Source: Thermoanaerobaculia bacterium (GTDB taxonomy: Bacteria; Acidobacteriota; Thermoanaerobaculia; UBA5066). Taken from it: a stretch of 64,000 bases of DNA. The position numbers were made by a program, and so were the translations under genes. Positions 58,579 through 64,000 of the stretch are shown piece after piece. Within the stretch, counting starts at the first letter, position 1, and every line of letters begins with the position of its first letter. The stretch spans positions 320,001 to 384,000 of the forward strand of contig CAWFJJ010000030.1 in the NCBI GenBank assembly GCA_963816185.1, given 5' to 3'. Under the pieces are notes generated by a model. That model was not told where the DNA came from, did not search any database, and was given only the letters and a program-made list of their open reading frames with translations.

Positions 58579-61500
58579 TCACCGTCCCGTGCCGGCCGCC
58601 GCCGGACGCAGGAAGATGTTGGCCGGGTCGCCCGACGCGAGGTCGATCTTCGAGGCGAAGGCGAGGAAGACGCCGCCGCCGCCCACCTGCCGTACGACGA
58701 CGCGCACGTCGGTGAGCTCCGAGAGGTTCAGACCCAGGATGTTGTGGAAGAGGTCGTCCGAGAAGTAGCCGAATTGCGGGAGAGTCTTCGTGACCGAGGC
58801 GATCGGCACGAACGACCCCGGCAGATAGGCGGCGATGACGACGTCGCAGTAGTCGCCCCCGACCTCGTTCAGGATGAGGTTCGTGCGGTATGCCGACGAG
58901 CTCTCGGCGCCGTCGAACTCGACCGTTCCGAGATTCGACTGGTACGACGAGTAACCATGCTGGTACGAGTAGCCCTCCATGCCGGTCTTGAAGTCCCCGA
59001 CTCCCTGCACCGGGTCCACGGTATAGGCCTCGGTCTGCACGTCGACGCCTGCCCAGCTCGCATCGCCGTTCGGCGTGGCCTGAATTCGTATCGCGCCATA
59101 CGTGTTCTGGCCCGGAAGGATTCCGAGATCTGGCTGCTCCTCGAGCACGTCCTCGAAGTGCGCGACTGTCCCTGGGCTGAGGAAGACCGTCGATTGCCGG
59201 ATCACGCCGGTGCCGTTCGTCTCGAGGTACTCGAGTGTCACCTTCCGCTGGTCCGCCGCCGTTGTGCCGGTGTTCGTCAGCGTCACGCGCGTACGCCAGA
59301 AGGGTCTATCGCCGTTCTCCAGGGGCGCGCCCGCCGAATGGACCGTCGGGAAAAAGAGCGGAGCGGGACCACCCGCAAACGGCAAAGATGCCAGGGCGCG
59401 ACGGGACGCCGTCGAGCTCGAGCCTGGCACGTACGAGGGATTCAAAGCCTGAATGGACACGCCCACGTGGAGCGAAGAGTCCTGCGTGCGGTTGTCGATG
59501 ACCGTCGCCATCGCGACGACCGACCCTTTGGTGGCCCCGAGCGCGTCGGTCCCGCTCGTCTTCCAGGTGATGGTCGCGTATGCGTAGGCTCCCGGAAGCG
59601 GAGTGCCGTCGAAGAGCGCGTCGGCGTCGTTGATCTGCACGGTCGCGTTCGCCGGTACGGTCGTCTCGAACTGCACGACCGCGCCATTCCGCGTCACGGG
59701 ATGGCCCGCAACGTCGAAGAGCGCCACCGTGACGGTCGTGTCGTAGCCGGACGTCTCGAGGAGAAGAAGGTTCGAGCGGCGGTTCGCATCGTGCGCGAGG
59801 CCGGACACGACATGGATCGGGTCGCTTTGCTTGACGCCTTCACCCGGGACCGTCGGCCTCAGCTCGAAGCCGTATTGTCCGACGGCGGGCGTCGTGCCGG
59901 CGAGCGCGCGGCGCGAGTCGTTTCTTGCCGCGACGGTCGCCGGCAGAGGCCGGTTGTTGACGAGCACGGTGGCGGTCACGGTGGACGCGGAGGAGCGCAC
60001 TTCGGCGGTGAAGGCGCCCTCGACGCCGAGAAGAGTTCCCACGACGTTGCGGTACCGGCGCGTCTCGCCCGCCGCGAGATTCAGGTCGAAGCGGCGCACC
60101 AGCGAGGTGCCCGGCGCGCCGACCGGGTTGAAGAGGAGCGAGACGGCCACGGGATTGACGGCGTCGGTGTTCGTGAGCCAGAGGTCTGCCGCGAACCGTC
60201 CCGACATTCCGCGCGTCGACGGCGTTCGGGAACGCCGAATATAGAAGGCGCGTACGCGCGGCCGCGGCGGGCGCCGCGCCGGGGCCCGGGACGGCCGGGG
60301 GAACGGGCGGACCGTCGTCGGTCACGAGAAGCGTCTCCGGGCTGTCCGCAAACCCGACGGTGGCGAGCGCGATCGCGCCGACCTCGGTTCCGGTGCCCGA
60401 GCGACGTTTCGCCCGATCCACGGTGATCTGCACCGTACGCGACTCGTTCGCCGCGAGAGGGCGATCCCAGGGCTGTCCGTCCAGCGAAGCCACTGCGATC
60501 CACGGTGCCCGGATCGTCGCGACGAAGGACGCCGCCTGATTGGAGGGGTTCAGGATCGAGCGCAACATAGGATCGCCGCTCTTGTCGACGTCGGCGGCCG
60601 GGTCGCTCCATACGACCTTCGTCGCGGAGGGCGCAGCCGTGATCATGCAGTCGAGGGGAACCGTCAGCGTCGAGTCGCCCGCGGTGAGCTGAACCGTCGC
60701 GTGCACGGGGCGCTGAAGAGCCGTGACGTAGAGAGAGGTCGCGCCGACTGTCTGCTCGGCGTTCGGAGCGAGCGTGAAGGAGTCCGGCGCGACCACGAAG
60801 CCGCTGTCGTCCGGTTTCGCGCGCACGAGGATCGGGTCGTTTCCGCCGTTCCGCACGACGAACGACGTCGTCGGGCGTGTACCGGCCTGAGGGACGAGCA
60901 CCGCGATCGGCTCCGGCTCGGACACGAGCTGGAGAGCGGTCGAGAGGACGCCGCCGACCGTTACGCGAACCGCGGGTGACCATGGGCCGACAGATCCGCA
61001 CGCGGCCTCGGCCCTCACCTGGTAAACGTAGTCGCCGGGTCCTCCGGTGAACGAGGACGCCGCTCCCGCGACGATCCACTCGCTCGCGTTGGCGGACGCG
61101 CCGGAGGTCTGCCGGATGCGGAATTTGAGCCCCGTCAGCCCGCCGCCCGGACCCGGGCCCGTACCGAGCGCGTCCCACGTGACCACCCACGTGGAGAAAG
61201 CCGGCGGGTTCGGGGGACTCACGCTGAGCTCACCAACGCTGGGAGGGACGCTGCAGTCGGTGTTGACCGGGACCGCGACGACGTTCGACACGACCGCCGC
61301 CGCCGCCGCCGTGGGACAGGATGACTTGACGACGATGCGGTGGTACAGGATCGTCGCGCCCGCAGAACCCGGGGTAAGCGTGATCGCCGAACGCTGCGTG
61401 GTCGTCTGGTCGAGGCCCGATGTGAATCCCGCGTCCAGGGCGCGCTCGACGACGTAGTAGTTGAGGCTCGAGGCGGCCGGGTCGGTGAAAACGTTCGTCC

Positions 61501-61666
61501 AGGAAAGCGCGTACGGCTCGCCGGCCTGGATCTCGGCGGGACCGGTCAGGACGGGCACCGCAACCGGACAGGTCACCCCGCGCGCGGCAGGCGCCCACAC
61601 ACCCGCCAAGGCGGCAAACAACGCCGCCCCGACGATCGAGGGTGAAAGCCGCGACCTCGTACCCAT
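58579..61666 (-). CDS. Large secreted beta-sandwich protein (FN3/Ig-like domains), 1-nt frameshift near 60200
   Basis: Signal peptide, YVYQVRA...GPWS FN3-like; removing one G from GTCGGGACGG joins NV to GRFAADLWLTN (ORF 58579..60207). Confidence 0.8.
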
Positions 61667-61687
61667 CCTTCTCTAGAATCCCTCTCT

Positions 61688-62542
61688 ATGCGCTCTTGGG
61701 AGTGTCACGGCACGCGTTCCATCCCACGCGCGTCCGGGTCCGTCGGGGCGATCGCGGTGGCGCTCGTCGTCTTCGCGGGCCCGCTCCAAGCGCAAGCGAT
61801 TCTACCCCCCGACGCCGCCGTGAAGGCTTATCAAGCGGGTCAGGCGGCCGCACAACGGAAAGACTGGCCGCTCGTGGTGCGGAAGATGAACGATGCCCTC
61901 GCGACCGGCCACACGCAGGCCCGAACGCACTTCGGCACGACGCGGAATTTCGTGGATCTCTACGACCCGTACTACTGGCTCGGCGTCGCCCACATGGAGC
62001 TCGGGGAGCTCCTGGAGGCCAAGCGCAACCTCCTCCTGTCCCGGAGCGAAGGGGTCATCGAGGGATTCCCGGAGTCCGCAGATCTCGTCGGGAGGCTCGG
62101 CCAGCTCGAACGCCGCGAAGCCCAGCAGTCAGCCGCCCGGGCCACGCCGACCGCCGGACCGACGCCGGAGCCGACGGCTCCGGCAGCTCCTTCCGCCGTT
62201 CCGACGGCGGCAGGTCTCTCTCTCGACGACGCGACGCCGACGCCGACCGTCGCCGCCGGAGCCGATCCCGAGCGCGTCCTGACCCTTTTCTCGGCGGGCG
62301 ACTTCGCCGGGGCCGAGGCCGCCATCGAGAGCCTGCGCCGGGCGCGCCCTCTCGCCCGCGAGGCGGATCTCCTCGCGACGCTCGTCCTCGGCACCCGCTA
62401 CGTCCTCGAAGGCCGCGCCGACCCGTTGCTCCTTTCGCGCGCGAGAAAGGCCTTCTCATCCTGGCGAAAGCGGGGCGGCGACCGCCGCTCGGAGGAGGCT
62501 CTTCTTTCTCCGTCCCTCCTCGCAATGCTGAACGGAACCTGA
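61688..62542 (+). CDS. Secreted TPR-like protein with Pro/Thr linker
   Basis: Hydrophobic signal-like segment, YDPYYWLGVAHMELGE, PTPEPT linker. Confidence 0.7.
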   Translation: MRSWECHGTRSIPRASGSVGAIAVALVVFAGPLQAQAILPPDAAVKAYQAGQAAAQRKDWPLVVRKMNDALATGHTQARTHFGTTRNFVDLYDPYYWLGVAHMELGELLEAKRNLLLSRSEGVIEGFPESADLVGRLGQLERREAQQSAARATPTAGPTPEPTAPAAPSAVPTAAGLSLDDATPTPTVAAGADPERVLTLFSAGDFAGAEAAIESLRRARPLAREADLLATLVLGTRYVLEGRADPLLLSRARKAFSSWRKRGGDRRSEEALLSPSLLAMLNGT

Positions 62543-62546
62543 CCCC

Positions 62547-63770
62547 TCAGCGAGACCTCACGACCCACGTGCCGGCCGCGAGATCCTGGAAGGCGCGCTT
62601 CTCCTTCTCGAAGAACGCCCATACCCAGCCGAGGCCGAGCGGAAGGCCCGCGAGCACGAGGACGACTGCGCGGATGAGGGCGGCTTTCCAGCCGATACCA
62701 CGCCCTCCGATCTCGCCGCGCTTGACGACCGTGAGGCCGAGCAGGGACTTGCCCGGCGTGCGTCCGCGCCACGCCCAGCCGCCCACGACGTAAAGCGCGT
62801 TCGCGAGCACGGCGAGCAGGATCGAAAGGGCCGTGACGCCGCGAAACGCCCAGTCGGGGGCCGCATCGCGCGTCTGAAGCTCCGTGCGGAAATAGTCGAT
62901 GAGGAAAACCGGCGCGAACAGGAGAAGATTGATGGCGGTCAGGATGACGGCGTCGACGAGCGCCGCGAGAAGACGCGCAAACGGATTCGCGGCGTTCCGA
63001 GGCCCCTCGTTGAACGCCGGAGCGCGCCTTTCGCGAAAAGCCGCCACGCGCTCGAGCGAGGCGGGGCGAGGAGGAGGCGCCTGGGACGCGCTCATCTGGA
63101 TCGAGATGTCCTCGAGCGGTCGCGGGGCGATCGCCGAGACGAACGGGGCCGCGGGTTCGGGAGCGGGAATGGAGCCGGGCGGCGGCGCGACGGTCGAGAC
63201 GTCGTCGGGCGGCCGAAGCGCCGCGGGGAACGCTTCCCGGAAACCTGAGCCCGCTCGCGGCGCGCCGGCTTTCTTGTCCACGTCCCGGAACAGCTCCGAG
63301 GCTGACATTCCGTCCGGCCCGAACGCCGAAGGTGCCGGGGCCGCCGCGCCCGGATCCGTGGCACCGGGAACCGGGTCGAAGGTGACCCCGGAAGGAGGCT
63401 TCGACGCCGCGGCAGGCGCCTGGGGCGGCAGCGCGTCGGCCCCGAGGAGCGCGGTGCGCTCCGAGGGCACGCTCGGCGGAACGATGCGCAGGTCGATGAC
63501 CGCCGCGCCGAGCTGGACGCGGTCGCCGTTCTGGAGCCGCGTTTCGCGCGAGATTCTCTTCCCTCCCACGTACGTGCCGTTCGAGGAGTTGAGGTCCTTG
63601 ACGACGGCTTCGCCGCGATTCAGGGTGAGCAGCGCGTGCGACCGCGAGACGGACTCGTGCTCGAGGCGCACGGTCGACGTCCGGCTGCGGCCGAGCGTCG
63701 CCTCGCCGTCCAGAAGGTCGATCTCACGGCCCTCCGCCGAGAGCACATACCGGAAGACATCGTTCGTCAC
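62547..63770 (-). CDS. FHA domain + Pro-rich linker + RDD domain protein
   Basis: LGRS, VSRSHA, DLNSSNGTYV (FHA); RLLAALVD, GRTPGK, QDLAAGTWVV (RDD). Confidence 0.92.
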   Translation of the reverse strand: MTNDVFRYVLSAEGREIDLLDGEATLGRSRTSTVRLEHESVSRSHALLTLNRGEAVVKDLNSSNGTYVGGKRISRETRLQNGDRVQLGAAVIDLRIVPPSVPSERTALLGADALPPQAPAAASKPPSGVTFDPVPGATDPGAAAPAPSAFGPDGMSASELFRDVDKKAGAPRAGSGFREAFPAALRPPDDVSTVAPPPGSIPAPEPAAPFVSAIAPRPLEDISIQMSASQAPPPRPASLERVAAFRERRAPAFNEGPRNAANPFARLLAALVDAVILTAINLLLFAPVFLIDYFRTELQTRDAAPDWAFRGVTALSILLAVLANALYVVGGWAWRGRTPGKSLLGLTVVKRGEIGGRGIGWKAALIRAVVLVLAGLPLGLGWVWAFFEKEKRAFQDLAAGTWVVRSR

Positions 63771-64000
63771 CGTGATGGAAATTGTACCCGGCCCCGGAGC
63801 GCATCGGCCGTCGGAGTTCCGCCCCAGGCCCTGAGGGCCGCCGGAGAGCCCGAAAATACGACGCGGCCCCCCGCCGGGCCGCCGCCGGGCCCGAGCTCGA
63901 TCAGGCTGTCGGCGCGGGCGAGGAAGCCCGTGTGGTGCTCCACGGCCACGATCGAATGTCCCGCCCGAAGGAGCCTCCGGAAGACCGCGAGCAGCACGTC
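63767..64000 (-). CDS. uvrA: Excinuclease ABC subunit A, C-terminal end (partial)
   Basis: GHSIVAVEHH...ADSLIELGPGGGPAGGRVVFSGSP. Confidence 0.8.
   Translation of the reverse strand, partial: DVLLAVFRRLLRAGHSIVAVEHHTGFLARADSLIELGPGGGPAGGRVVFSGSPAALRAWGGTPTADALRGRVQFPSR

Overview
High-GC bacterial chromosomal window. Gene content and style (IPTL-CTERM protein, CHAT/ECF module, Ser/Thr kinase-FHA cluster) suggest Acidobacteriota, possibly Thermoanaerobaculia-like; this is inference. The standout feature is a putative trans-envelope electron conduit lying between ccmAB and ccmCDEF. It encodes a membrane-anchored FAD/NAD/2Fe-2S reductase, a His-rich inner-membrane protein, a ~1,680-aa exported cytochrome with 66 CxxCH motifs (22 triheme modules, the distal half made of near-identical hexaheme tandem repeats; one 1-nt frameshift) and a beta-barrel, behind a candidate sigma54 promoter. 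A second notable block is a coupled operon of an exported TPR-CHAT (caspase-like) protease, an ECF sigma factor and a zinc anti-sigma factor, flanked by secreted proteins, two of which share a duplicated promoter-like motif. A dispersed family of ~85-100 bp palindromic mini-elements also appears, some copies inside genes. The remainder is mostly housekeeping and envelope genes (MacB-type permeases, Mla system, M13 peptidase, GGT, Mrp, DASS transporter, ugd/UXS, kinases, uvrA end). Frameshifts cluster at ~29.1-35.0 kb and look like uncorrected long-read indels. No rRNA, tRNA, CRISPR array or transposase was recognised.
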